From Octopus bimaculoides (taxonomy: Eukaryota), in NCBI RefSeq assembly GCF_001194135.2, contig NC_068985.1:17863824-17927823 (forward strand): 64,000 nt of DNA, in the 5' to 3' direction. Within the stretch, counting starts at the first letter, position 1. Each line of letters begins with the position of its first letter. Below are positions 1 to 12,147 of the stretch, in pieces. The position numbers and the translations under genes are program-made. The notes under the pieces were generated by a model. The model saw only the letters and a program-made list of their open reading frames with translations, did no database searches and had not been told where the DNA came from.

Positions 1-684
1 ATATATATCATCATCTTCATCCTTTTTAACGTCCGTTTCCTATGGATTGGATGGGTTTATATTGGGTTGTCCGGAAAGTTCGTGCTGATTTTTAAAGGAA
101 AGAAAAAGATCAACAAATACTTGCCATTACATTTTTAATCAACCAAATATGAACCATTTTGTTGCACAATGCGTCTCCATCTTTCCTTTAACTTAAAAAT
201 ACCCTCTTCACAGAATTGAGGTGGTTTCATGGCAAATAAGTCGAAAGGTAAGCTACTATAAATCTGCATGAACTTTCCGGACAACCCAATATATATATAT
301 ATGTATATAATGATGGGCCTCTTTCAATTTCTGTCTATCAAATTCACACTTACCAGGCTTTGATTGGCCTTGGGATATAGAAGACATTTGCTCAAGGTGC
401 TGTGCAGTGTAACTGAACCGAAAACTAAATCATAGGAAAGGAAACTTCTACACCATACAACCATGCCTGCATCTATATTAATTATCCAAACCCATATCAC
501 TAACCCTCCGTAAGAGAGGGGGTAGTGATATGGATCTCTCTCTCTCTCTAGCATACATACAATTAATCCCTATATAATTTACAATAGAAAATAGTTGAAA
601 ACATATTTTAGTCCCTGCCCCTAAAGGAGTTGTGTGTAATTAATGAAATGACTTTGAGTGAATATTTTATGTAAATTAATTAAC

Positions 685-792
685 CTTGTTCTTCTAGTTC
701 TTTTTTAATTCTTTTTTCAAGCTGAACAGCATTGCTGATATTTAGCTGTTTGGCTAACATCTTTGGAGAAATTGATGGTGGATCTTCTAGAT
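685..792 (-). CDS. TADA3: TADA3 coding exon, last one visible (gene continues left of the window)
   Basis: Minus strand tttcag|...|gttaat, 108 nt, phase 1-1. Encodes (D)LEDPPSISPKMLAKQLNISNAVQLEKRIKKELEEQ(G), matching the recalled Ada3 segment LESRIKEELIAQG. Too short for the ORF track. Confidence 0.9.
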
Positions 793-988
793 CTGAAATG
801 TAAAAAACATTCATCAAATATTTCAATATTAAAACCGTTTGAAATATCAAAATAGAGCAAATCTATTCAACATTTAATCTAAGTTTTAATCTGTGAATTG
901 TGCAATTGTTGCTAAAGCAAAATATCATATAAAGTTAGTGAACAAGGGGATTATCTGTATTGTTAGAGTAAAATGCATGTTAGATAAG

Positions 989-1374
989 TTGTTGTTGTTG
1001 TTGGCACTCCGTCGCTTACGATGTCGAGGGTTCCAGGTGATCCGATCAATGGAACAGCCTTCTCGTGAAATTAGCATGCAAGTGGCTGAGCACTCCACAG
1101 ACACATGTACCCTTAACGTAGTTCTCGGGGATATTCAGCGTGATACAGTGTGACAAGGCTGACCCTTTGAATTAGAGGCACAACAGAAACAGGAAGTAAG
1201 AGAAAGTTGTGGTGAAAGAGTACAGCAGGGTTCGCCACCATCCCGTGCCGGAGCCTCGTGGAGCTTTAGGTGTTTTCTCTCAATAAACACTCACAACGCC
1301 CGGTCTGGGAATTGAAACCGCGATCCTATGACCGCGAATCCGCTGCCCTAACCACTAGGCCATTGCGCCTCCAC
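989..1374 (-). mobile_element. Full-length tRNA-headed SINE, family A (octopus OR-type; name not verified)
   Basis: Minus strand starts with a tRNA-like head (A/B-box-like motifs) and ends in (CAA)n. Perfect 11-bp TSD tgttagataag at 978-988 and 1375-1385. Confidence 0.92.
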
Positions 1375-1512
1375 TGTTAGATAAGATTCAATAAAAAAAA
1401 AAAAAAGTTTGCATTTGTATATCAATAAAACTTCAAAGTAACATCTACTTTTCCATGTTTGCATGAGTCAGATTTTCTACAGCTGCATACCGTTTCTGTC
1501 GTCAATACTCAC

Positions 1513-1575
1513 CTGTTTCCAGGCACTCAAATTTCCCATTGGAAGCTATATGATGATGTTGCTTGACTTGTGATG
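1513..1575 (-). CDS. TADA3: Candidate 63-nt cassette exon of TADA3
   Basis: cccttgtctcag|...GAAACAG|gtgagt. Symmetric phase 1-1 and open in the TADA3 frame (ASQVKQHHHIASNGKFECLET). No homology support. Confidence 0.35.
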
Positions 1576-2139
1576 CTGAGACAAGGGTGCATATACTCAC
1601 ACATACACTAATACATGCATATATAAGATGGGCTTCTCTCAATTTCTGTCTACCAAATTCACTCACAAGACTTTGATTGGCCTAGGGCAGTAGTAGAAGA
1701 CACTTGCCCAAGGTGCCATGCAGTGGGATTGAACCTGAGACCACATAGTTGGGAAGCAAGCTTCTTAACCACAGCCACACCTGTAGCAATAAATTATTTA
1801 ATGCAAATCAACATTGCTGTTTCTAAAACTGGTGAAAGGCAATGAGGAAGCTCATGTAGTCATTTGAACTGCTAGAAATAGCAGCAAAAAATCTCTCTCA
1901 AATCAAATCTAGTCTTAAATAAAGACATATTGAACAATATAGTCTCAGCTACATATAAAATGGAATGGCCATGGATGGAATGCCTTTGACCACAGGCTTG
2001 CTTAATCAGGGCAAACTTGCTGCTAAACAATATCATTAACAAAAAATATAGCGTATATGTAGTATATTCAAAACGGTGACCAAAAAATTCTTTCCAAAAC
2101 TCATTTATAAATATTTAGGACCTTAGAACTTTTGTTATC

Positions 2140-2567
2140 ATCATCATCATCGTTGTTTAATGTCCGCTTTCCATGCTAACATGGGTTGGATGATTTGACT
2201 GAGGACTGGTGAACCAGATGGCTACACCAGGCTCCAATCTGATTTGGCAGAGTTTCTACAGCTGGATGCCCTTCCTAACGCCAACCACTCCGAGAGTGTA
2301 GTGGGTGCTTTTATGTGCCACCAGCATGAAGGCCAGTCAGGCGGTACTGGCAACGGCCACGCTCAAAATGGTGTATTTTACGTGCCACCTGCACAGGAGC
2401 CAGTTCAGCAGCACTGGCAACGATCTCGCTCGAATGTCTTTACACATGCCATCCGGCACAAGTGCCAAGAAGGCGATGCTGGGCACAGGTGCCGTGACAG
2501 TTTCGCTTTCGCTTGCCCCAATAGGTCTTCGCAAGCAGAGTTTCGTTTCCAATGAAGGGGACGACGT
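2140..2567 (-). mobile_element. LINE 3'-UTR-derived repeat
   Basis: Reverse complement of the 3' UTR at 10830-11325 (ctacagctggatgcccttcctaacgccaaccac). Many shorter copies, e.g. ~6150-6290, 6730-7010, 7780-8155, 20350-20540, 23630-23820, 30410-30645, 31950-32135, 42735-42980 and 43490-43680. Confidence 0.8.
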
Positions 2568-2630
2568 TGGCATTATTAATTCAAGCAGTGAGAAAGTGAT
2601 AAAGTCAATCAACTGGAAAGTATTTAATAC

Positions 2631-2743
2631 CTTTAGTGCTAATATCTGCTGTCGTATCATCAACTGGTGCCATTACATGTTCTTCAATAAGTGCAGTAAC
2701 AAGTCGTTGAGTAAGAGGACCAAAAGGGGAATCATCATTGGAA
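2631..2743 (-). CDS. TADA3: TADA3 coding exon
   Basis: tttgtttcctttcag|...AAAG|gtatta, 113 nt, phase 2-1. Encodes SNDDSPFGPLTQRLVTALIEEHVMAPVDDTTADISTK, matching the Ada3 motif PFGxLTQRLxxALxEE. Confidence 0.92.
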
Positions 2744-4596
2744 CTGAAAGGAAACAAAAATTGCAATAACTAATTAATTGTCAAAATATAATGAGTATAA
2801 CCAATGTCTTTGAAAGAGGCATGAACATCACACAATCTCATTTCTTCTGTCTTTTAATGCTGAAATGTTATATTAATGTATGTAACTAATATTTCTCAAA
2901 CTCTAAGAAAATTTGAAGTAATTGTTTAACAAGTCAAGTCCCTGACTCAGTTTACAGATCTGGTCGTAGACAGTTCACTTTAACTTACTTCAGAAAGGCA
3001 AGATTATCATATCATATCATTCACATCTCAACCACTGCCACCCTCTGTTACATGTACATAAAGCCTTCTGTCAGTGTAACATCAAAAAAACAAAAAAAAA
3101 CAAAGAAAAAGAAAAAAAAACTCCCACTATATTCCCAAAGCTAATACAACCAGTCTTTCTGTAACTAACAGAGGCACTTTCAAGAAGAGTTAGAAGGAGT
3201 GTTTTCATTGCACAAACAATGGATGGTTAAGAATGGTCACATGACATAATAAATGTACTGACAATGAGATATTTCTTAACCAAGTGCATTACTTACTGAG
3301 ACAAAAACAGTCTTCATTCTGTGAATATATTTCCTATGATTTAGCAGTAGATAGATTTAGTGTAAATATTTAGTCAACAATACCTATGATCAAAAACATT
3401 TTAGTCATAATCATCCCATGCTTTAGATATAGTTTGCTCCTAACTACATTTTATTAAATGAGTTTTCTTTTTGAAGATGGCAGAACCAATAACAATCTAG
3501 GTAGTTCCTCCTTTCAATTAATTCCACAGGAAAAATTAGTCAAAAATTCATTTACTCTCTCCAGTTTTTAAATATTCAAAATCTCAAAGTTAAATCAATC
3601 TAGCTTAAAAAAAAAAGGATCAATCAATATGAAATTTAATTTGATACATTAATGTTGTATATTTTATTAAACAAAACAACTACAAATTATAATGAAAAGT
3701 TATTTTCTATCAATATTAGAATGCATTTCTTTTTTTTTTTTTTTTTTGCTCTCAGCGCAAAAGTGAATTTTTGAAGCATACAAGTGAATAGGACAAACAA
3801 TTGAAGCATTCAGGTGGATATGACAATTATTTAGGAGATTTGTGTGGAAGTAACAAGCAACAAGTCAATAGCAGGAAATTAAAAAAAAATCCCAAAATAA
3901 ACAAGCATGTTAGAAGGAGAAAAAAAAGAAGAAGAAAAGGTTTAATACCCAGTGCAAAGAAGATTGCTCATATGTTAATAGAAGAAATATTTGAAATAAA
4001 ATATGCTTTAAGAATTTTTTTTTTCAAAAATTCCTTACAGCTTCTTAAGAGTCTTAAATTGCATACTACATTTCAATTAAAGAATAAGTTATTGACTCAG
4101 CAAGATGATTTTAACCCTTTAGCATTTAAACAAGCCATATCCGACCCAAATATTCTACCTGATTTTTTATTCAAACTGGTCAGATCTGGCCTGTCATACT
4201 TATCCTACAATGTCATTCTAAAAATATATAATCATATCATTGAAATCTCAAAGTTACAAAATACTTAATTATGATTAATTCAAAACAATGTGAATAAATA
4301 AGCATTACATTTGACAGAAATAACCTTGATGCTAAAGGGTTAAGAAATTTCAGTTTCAAAACTTAAAAAGCTTCAATTAGACAGTGAAGGGGATGGGGGG
4401 AGAAATCTTGAGTAGAACTTGTTTTCTCTTCTCCAATTTCTTAACTGTGGAAGAAGATAAGGGGGAGGAGAAGTATTAACAAAAAAAAAAAAGAGAGAGA
4501 GAATTAGATGGAAGATAGAGGGAACAAGCAGAATTTGAGGTAAATGTGATTCCTGGTAAGGGGTGGGGGAGGAATATAAATCAAAAATATACTCAC

Positions 4597-4602
4597 CCTT
4601 TC
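4597..4602 (-). CDS. TADA3: Candidate 6-nt microexon (GAAAGG) of TADA3
   Basis: Minus strand gtaactaacaattatttctttcttgttgctcttacaacag|GAAAGG|gtgagt: CTAAC branch point, pyrimidine tract, CAG acceptor and consensus donor. Frame-preserving in the phase-2 intron. Confidence 0.45.
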
Positions 4603-5169
4603 CTGTTGTAAGAGCAACAAGAAAGAAATAATTGTTAGTTACATTGTCTGTAGTTGAGATTACTTTCATAAAATCTCACTAGTAACTAAATAATACATTT
4701 ACAAAATATATCGAGTTTTAGTGAGATGTGATAACACTCGCTTGAAAAACACAGCCTTTATACTAAGTGAAGACTGATGATATATCTGCTGAATGGTAAG
4801 TTTTCTGTTATCGTCATCAGTGTAATTTGTTAGTAAACAAAATAAAATGATGAACAGAATTGTAGCTTGTATTTTCTTCTGGTAAATAAGGAATAATGAC
4901 ATCTTCTTACGAGACTGTACAACAAGCTGAACAACTCTCTATGTTGCATTTTTTATCTTCTTCTTGCTCCAGTCATTAGACTACAGCCATACTGGGGCAC
5001 TGCACTGAAGGATTTTTAGACAAATGAAATGGCTCCAGGACTTATTTTCTTACTTTTTCTATAGGTCGCTTTTCCAGGACTGCGAAGTTACAGGGATGTA
5101 AACACACCAACACTAGTTGTCAAGCAGTGGGTGGAGGCAAACTCAGATACAAAGACACACACAAGATAT

Positions 5170-5337
5170 ATGTATATGTTCTTTTACTTGTTTCAGTCAT
5201 TTGATTGCGGCCATGCTGGAGCACCGCCTTTAGTCGAACAAATCGACCCTAGGACTTATTCTAAGTTACGGGGATGTAAACAAACCAGCATCGGTTGTCA
5301 AGCGATGGTGGGGGGACAAACATAGACACACCAACAT

Positions 5338-5379
<42 letters not shown>

Positions 5380-5536
5380 CAGGCTTCAGCTTCCATCTAC
5401 CAAATCCACTCACAAGGCTTTGGTCGGCCCGAGGCTATAGTAGAAGACACTTGCCAAAGTTGCCACGCAGTGGGACTGAACTCAGAACTATGTGGTTGGT
5501 AAGCAAGCTACTTACCATGTAGCCACTCCTCCTACA

Positions 5537-5552
<16 letters not shown>
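5170..5552 (-). mobile_element. SINE family B (tRNA-like head, internal TA/CA microsatellite, long tail)
   Basis: ctaccaaatccactcacaaggctttggtcggcccgaggctatagtagaagacacttgcc head region, plus ttgtttcagtcatttga...gctggagcaccgcc tail. Other copies or fragments at ~320-460, 1625-1782, 5600-5750, 5950-6105, 13200-13330, 48310-48460 and 59595-59790. Confidence 0.82.
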
Positions 5553-5581
<29 letters not shown>

Positions 5582-6381
5582 CACACACACACACACACAC
5601 ACAACAGACTTCTTTCAGTTTCTGTCTACCAAATCCACTCATAGAGCTTTGGTTGCCTGAAGATTATAGAAGACACCTGCCCAACTTGTCATGCAGTGGG
5701 ACTGAACCTAGAACCATGTAGTTGAGAAGCAAACTTCTTACCTCACAGCCTATGTGCAACCATGCTGAGGCACTGCTTTGAAGAAAATTTAGTTGAATGA
5801 ATTGAACCTTGTACTAAATTTTTTTTTTAAAGCCTGGTACTTATTTTATTGGTTTCTTTGCTGAACCACTAAGTTACAGGCTCTTAAACAAAGCACCACC
5901 AGGTGTCAAGATGTGGTAGGGGACAAACACAGACACAAACACACACATACATGGGCTTCTTTCAGTTTTCACCAACCAAATCTACTCACAAGTGTTTGGT
6001 TGAGTTGAGGCCATACAAGAAGACATTTGCCCAAGGTGCCACGCTGTGGGACTGAACCCAGAACCATGTGACTGGGAAGTAAACTTACCACACAGCCATG
6101 CTTGCACCGATCAATATAAAAAAATAAATTGTCATCATTATTATTATTATTTAATGTTCTCTTCCCATGTTGGCATGGTTGGATGATTAGACAGGATCCT
6201 GCATTGAACTCCAATGTCAGCCTTGGCATGCTTTCTATGGCTGGATGCCCTTCCTAGCTTCAACCTTTTTACAGTATGTAATAAATAAAAGAAAAAATGT
6301 AAACATGAATGGGTTCCACAAACAAACAAAGTTTCAATGAGAAGTACCTTAAAAAAATAAGTTACGAAACTTAAAACTTAC

Positions 6382-6475
6382 CAACTTTCAGATTTTTTTA
6401 AAAGGTTGGTAGATTCATTGGAATTTGTTGCAGTTGAATTATTGTTATTCCGTCGTTTATCAGAGATCTTGGCAC
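6382..6475 (-). CDS. TADA3: TADA3 coding exon
   Basis: ttcttcctaaaaag|...AGTTG|gtaagt, 94 nt, phase 1-2. Encodes (G)AKISDKRRNNNNSTATNSNESTNLLKKSES (LLKKSE as in Ada3). Supplies exactly the phase change needed between the 8205 and 2743 exons. Confidence 0.87.
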
Positions 6476-8204
6476 CTTTTTAGGAAGAAAAATGAAAGAA
6501 AATGGTTTAGTAATAAGATGAAAAAAAAAATTTCCAGATGAATTAAAAATTCTAATTTTACAAAAATTCAAGAATCTGCAAGACAGCTGCATAAGTCAGA
6601 TTTGAGACCAAAGAGTTATGAAGTTGAAAATCCATTTCAGTTACACTGCAACAAAATAAACCAAAAAGTTGATAACTTAAATCAACTTGGCTAATACCCC
6701 TCTCCCAGCTGAAGGGGGATTTTATTTTGCAAGTTACTTGGTGACCATGTTAGTGCTGGTACCATGTAAAAAGTAGCAGTGTTGATACCACATAAGAAGC
6801 ACTGGTGATGATGCCAAATAAAAAGCACTGGTGATGGTGCCATGTAAAAAGTATTCACTACACTCTGTCAAGTGGTTGGCTTCCAGCTGTAGAGACCATG
6901 CCAAAATAGACAATGGAACCTAGTGTGACCCCTGGCCTTTACCAGCTACTGTCAAAAAGTTCAAACCATGTTAGCATGGAAGGTAGATGTTAAATGATGA
7001 GGATGATTATGATGACAGTTCATACCAGCCAAACACACACACACACACAGGGTGTATGGTGATACTGAAATGAAGCCCCAGTTGCATTATTGTGATATAT
7101 CACTATTTATAAAATTACCAAGGATCCAAATACAAGGTATTGCTAAGAATGTTACCACAAAAAGTTTCTGCTTTGTATTGGAAGGAGGAGGAGGAGGAAA
7201 AGAAGGTGCTGCCACTGCCACCACAATTTTAAATAGCAAATCTTTATATCTGTTTATACATTTACTTTGTTTTTATGTCTGTTTTTTCCATGGCAGCATG
7301 AGTTGGATGAATATGTTATTGAGGTATGTGATTTTGGGTTCAATCCCACTTCATGGCATTTAGGCAGATGTCTTTTACTATAGTCATGGGCAAATCAAAA
7401 CCTTGTGAGTAGATATGGCAAATAGAAACTGAAAGAAGCCTATTGTATGTGTAAGTTTCTTGACTCAACATTGCACGACTGTTGTAAGTGAGCATTGCCA
7501 TCATACAGTTGTTGTTTGTTTGCAATCTTTTGTGAAAATATACCTTGGCATGGGGAAAGATTACCTCCCTTGCAAACAGGTGATGGCTGGCAACAGGAAA
7601 GGCATCTTGCCATAGAAAAATCTGCCTCAACAAAATTCTCTGTGACACATGCTAGCGTGGAAAAGTGAACGTTAAAATGATGACAATGATGATGATGATA
7701 AAGTTACACTGTAAGAAAAGAAACAAGTCATAGCAGAAGACACAGAATAAGAAATCATCTATGTCTACCAGTGAGGAGCACAAATAGATTGTATTAACAA
7801 AATTTATGGCTGGATGCCCTTTCTGTAAAATTGTTGGCAATAGGACGGGCATCCAACCGTAAAAACCATGCTAAAAGAGACCTCGCGGTTGCTGGTGTTA
7901 TGTGAAAAGCAACCAATTCACTCTGTAAAGTGATTGGTGTTAGGAACGGCATTCAACCATGAAAACCATACCAAAAGAAACTGTGCTGGTGTTTCTTGGA
8001 AAGCAGTCATGATGTTAGGAACGGCATCCAGCTGTAAAAAGCATCCCAAAACAGACAGTGGAGCTTACTATACTCCTCTGGCTAGCCAGCTCCTGTCAAA
8101 TTATCCGACCCATGCCAGCATGGAAGATGGACTTTAAATGTTGATGATGACGATGAAAACTGATATACTGAAAAGCAAACAGAATGGGAATTTAAGATGT
8201 GTAC

Positions 8205-8454
8205 CTTCTTTTTGTTCATCCATGATATCTTCTTGAGCCCATCGTTCCGAGTAATGTTTGCCCAAAGGCGGAATTTTGAAAAACTCACTATCATCTTTAA
8301 TTGTAACCAGAACTTCTTCTAGAACTTTCATATCTTCAGTACTGATTTCTGCACAGTAAGGATCAACTGATGCCCAAAAGCGATTTACAATATCATTTTT
8401 CTGGCTACGAGCTATGTCCGAGGATTCTGAAATGTCATAGTCAGGCATTTTCAC
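8205..8454 (-). CDS. TADA3: TADA3 coding exon (conserved core)
   Basis: ttttgtag|GTG...GAAG|gtacac, 250 nt, phase 0-1. Contains NRFWASVDPYCA and KIPPLGKHYSERWAQED, hallmark Ada3 motifs. Confidence 0.96.
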
Positions 8455-8607
8455 CTACAAAAAATACAAATGTTTTTTAAAAAAATTAGGAGTCATATTA
8501 TTTTGATTCTTTAATCTGCCACCTGAAAACAACATTAGAATTTTAAAAACCAAACGCGTCAACACTAATATCTATTTTTTACTTAACAAAATCCCATAAA
8601 AATTATA

Positions 8608-8890
8608 CCAACCACATGGTTCCAGGTTCAGTCCCACTGCATGGCACCTTCTACTATAGCCTTGAACCGACCAAAGGCTTGTGAGTGGCTTTGGTAGATA
8701 GAAACTAAAAGAAGCCCGTCGGATATATACACACATATGTATATGTGTGTATGTTTATGTGCCTGCGTTTCTCCTCCCACCATCGCTTGACAACCGATGC
8801 TGGTGTGTTTACATCTCCGTAACTTAGCAATTCAGCAAAAGAGACCAATAGAATAAGTACTAGGCTTACAAAAAATAAGTTCTGGGGTTC
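8608..8890 (+). mobile_element. SINE family B, opposite orientation to the 5170-6105 copies, runs into N gap
   Basis: caaccacatggttccaggttcagtcccactgc...ctactatagccttgaaccgaccaaaggcttgtgagtgg... Confidence 0.8.
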
Positions 8891-9555
8891 NNNNNNNNNN
8901 NNNNNNNNNNNNNNNNNNNNNNNNNNNNNNNNNNNNNNNNNNNNNNNNNNNNNNNNNNNNNNNNNNNNNNNNNNNNNNNNNNNNNNNNNNNNNNNNNNNN
9001 NNNNNNNNNNNNNNNNNNNNNNNNNNNNNNNNNNNNNNNNNNNNNNNNNNNNNNNNNNNNNNNNNNNNNNNNNNNNNNNNNNNNNNNNNNNNNNNNNNNN
9101 NNNNNNNNNNNNNNNNNNNNNNNNNNNNNNNNNNNNNNNNNNNNNNNNNNNNNNNNNNNNNNNNNNNNNNNNNNNNNNNNNNNNNNNNNNNNNNNNNNNN
9201 NNNNNNNNNNNNNNNNNNNNNNNNNNNNNNNNNNNNNNNNNNNNNNNNNNNNNNNNNNNNNNNNNNNNNNNNNNNNNNNNNNNNNNNNNNNNNNNNNNNN
9301 NNNNNNNNNNNNNNNNNNNNNNNNNNNNNNNNNNNNNNNNNNNNNNNNNNNNNNNNNNNNNNNNNNNNNNNNNNNNNNNNNNNNNNNNNNNNNNNNNNNN
9401 NNNNNNNNNNNNNNNNNNNNNNNNNNNNNNNNNGTACTTTATTTTATTGACCCAGAAAGGATGAAAACTGAAGTTGACCATGGTAGAACTCAGAATGTAA
9501 AGCGGGAAGAAATGTTACTAAGCAAATTTCTCAATGCAATAATGATTCTGCCAGC

Positions 9556-11684
9556 GCTCCTTTTTTTTGAAAAAATATATAAAATTTTGTTACGAGAACA
9601 TTTTTCTAGTGGCTGGTTTATGGAAAAGAAATCACCACTAGAACGTCTTGACCAGCCAGTGTGTAGGAAGGCAGTGGAAGGAGTTCAGGGAATCGTAACC
9701 TCTTGGTAAAGGGAAGATTTCTCTTTCCACATAAATGACAGAAGCAAATGTAAGAATTGTGATGCTACATGTTGGGAGACATGAATTACCTGTGTATGAG
9801 AGATTGACAACAGGATCAGTCCTCAGCTCCCTCTTATTCATCATAGTCCTCCAGACAATAACAGAGGAATTCAGGACGGGCTGCCCCTGGGAGCTCCTGT
9901 ATGCTGATGACCTTGCCCTAATAGCTATATCACTATCAGAACTAGAGAAGTTTCAGGTGTGGAAGCAAGGTCTAGAATTGAAGAGCCTTTGAGTCAATCT
10001 AGCAAAAATCAAGTCTTGGTAAGTTGGAAGACAGACAAATCACAAGTCCTTTCAGGTAGATGGCCCTGCTTGGTCTGCAGAAAAGGCATAGGTAGAAACT
10101 CCATAAGATGTACCCAGTGTAAGCTATGGACATGCAGCAATATCAAAGGAAGGTTAACTGGGAAGATAGGTTTTTGCACGTGGCAGATGCACAGGGGCAA
10201 TAAACACTGAAGGTGTTTATTGATTCCATCACATGCCAGGGGGAAAAACTAGAAGTAGTTGATAGTTTCCGTTACCTAGGTGACCAAGGCAGTAGTGGGG
10301 TGGATGCTCTGAGAGTGTAGTTGCAAGAATAAGAAAAAGCCTGGGCAAAGTTCAGAGAGCTCCTACCTTTGCTGGTAACAAGGGGCTTCTTGCTCAGAGT
10401 GAAAGGTAGACTGTAAGATGCACGTGTGCGAACAACCATGCTACATGGCAGTGAAATATGGGCTGTGACTGCTGAGAAAGAAATAAAGCTAGTATGCCCT
10501 GTTGGATGTGTAATGTCAGTGTACATACATGAGAGAGTGTAAGCGCCCTGAGAGAAAAGTTGGGCATAAGAAGCATCAGATGTGGTGTGCAAGAAAGACG
10601 ACTGCGCTGGTATGGTCATGTGTTGTGTATGGGTGAGGACAGCTGTGTTAAGTGTCACACCCTAACAGTGGAGGGAATCTGTGGAAGAGGTAGACCCAGG
10701 AAGACATGGTGTGAGGTGGTGAAGAACCACCTTCAAACGTTGGGTCTCACAGAGGCAATGAAAAGCAACCAAGACCTTTGGATATATGCTATGCTTGAGA
10801 AAACCCGGCAAGCCAGGTGAGATCGTAGCCGTAGCTGATGCCAGTGTTGCATATGAAAGTATCCTTCACTTGTCAGGCAAATATGCTGAGCTCGAGAAGA
10901 CCTGTTGAGTCAAGTGAAATCATAGCCGTGGCTGATGTCAGTTCTGCCTGACTGGCACCCGTGCCAGTAGCATGTAAAAAGCACCACTTGAGCGTGGCTG
11001 ATGCTAGTGCCACCTGGCTGACACATAAAAAGTACCATTCAAGCATGGTCAATATCAGTGCCGCCTGCTCCCAAGCAGGTGGCATATAAAAAGCACCATT
11101 CGATGGTGGTCGATGCCAGTGTTGCCGACTGGCCCCTGTGCTGGAGGCACGTAAAAAGTACCCACTACACTCTCAGAGTGGTTGGCATTAGGAAGGGCAT
11201 CCAGCTGTAGAAACCTTGCCAGATCAGATTGGAGCCTGGTGCAGCCTCCTGGCTTGCCAGTCCTCAGTTAAACTGTCCAACCCATGCTAGCATGGAAAGC
11301 GGATGTTAAACAATGATGATGATGAATATAAACACTTCACTTCTACAAGACTTTCTCAGCTTGTGCTTTGCCTTTCATGTAGGTTAACATTACATAAACA
11401 ATGGATCATAGTTACATCACTGCTGTCAATCTTTCACACAGAGATAGTTCATGTCTCCCAACATGTAGCATCACAATTCTTACATTTGCTTCTGTCATTC
11501 ATGTGGAAAGAGAAATCCTCCCTTTACCAAGAGGTTACAATTTCCTGAACTCCTTCCACCTCTTTCCTACTCTCTGGCTGGTCGAGAGGCTCTGGTGGTG
11601 GTTTCTTTTCCATAAACCAGCCAAAGAGCCACTAGAAAAATGTCCACGTAACAAAATTTTATACATTCTTAAAAAGTAGGAACA
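9556..11684. repeat. Inverted pair of ~250-bp segments (~9556-9812 and ~11420-11684) bracketing the LINE fragment
   Basis: For example gatttctctttccacataaatgacagaagcaaatgtaagaattgtgatgctacatgttgggagacatgaa matches its reverse complement on the right. Scattered mismatches and one 7-nt indel. Confidence 0.88.
9813..11325 (+). mobile_element. 5'-truncated, frameshifted RTE-type LINE (RT C-terminal half plus 3' UTR)
   Basis: GSVLSSLLFIIVLQTITEEFRTGCPWELLYADDLALIA (YADD motif), then IRCGVQERRLRWYGHV and GRGRPRKTW, typical of the RTE-clade ORF end. 3' UTR ends in (GAT)n. Confidence 0.9.
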
Positions 11685-12147
11685 ATATTAATGCAACGAA
11701 TTAAGGTGGCAAGTTGGCAGAATCGTAAGCATGCCAGACAAAATACTTAGAGGCATTTTGTCAGTTTTTATATTCTGAGTTCAAATTCCTTCGGGGCCGA
11801 CTTTGCCTTTCATCCTTTCGGGATCGATAACATAAGTACCAGTTGATGTAACTGACTCAGTTCCTCTACCGAATTTTCAGGCTTTGCACCAAAATGTGAA
11901 ACCAATGTTATTGCAGTGAATTAAAATCATGTGAATGGAGTTGGAGTTACTGGTGCAGTAAAGAGGAGGGCCATAAATTCCATTACTGAAGCTGTGACTT
12001 GATCAACTGCAGGGAGATTAACTGGGTGAAGGGTCTGATGTTAAAAGACTCGAAACCCTCCATGAGACCCCACAAACGTCACTGATGATGCATCCCAGAG
12101 TATCCATCAGATGTATTTCAGATCTAAGAAATATATAATTTTAAATT

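Noticed and set aside
1290-1374. tRNA-like sequence as a tRNA gene (also at 27530-27617, 34185-34268 and 52980-53061)
   Set aside because: It is the head of a SINE, continuous with the body, tail and TSDs.
2244-2769. Overlapping 103-154-aa ORFs as genes
   Set aside because: They span a LINE 3'-UTR repeat and the antisense or wrong frame of a TADA3 exon.
4771-4821. Small hairpin actgatga...tcatcagt as a miRNA or snoRNA
   Set aside because: The stem is only 8-9 bp, too short for a pre-miRNA, and there is no convincing C/D box pair.
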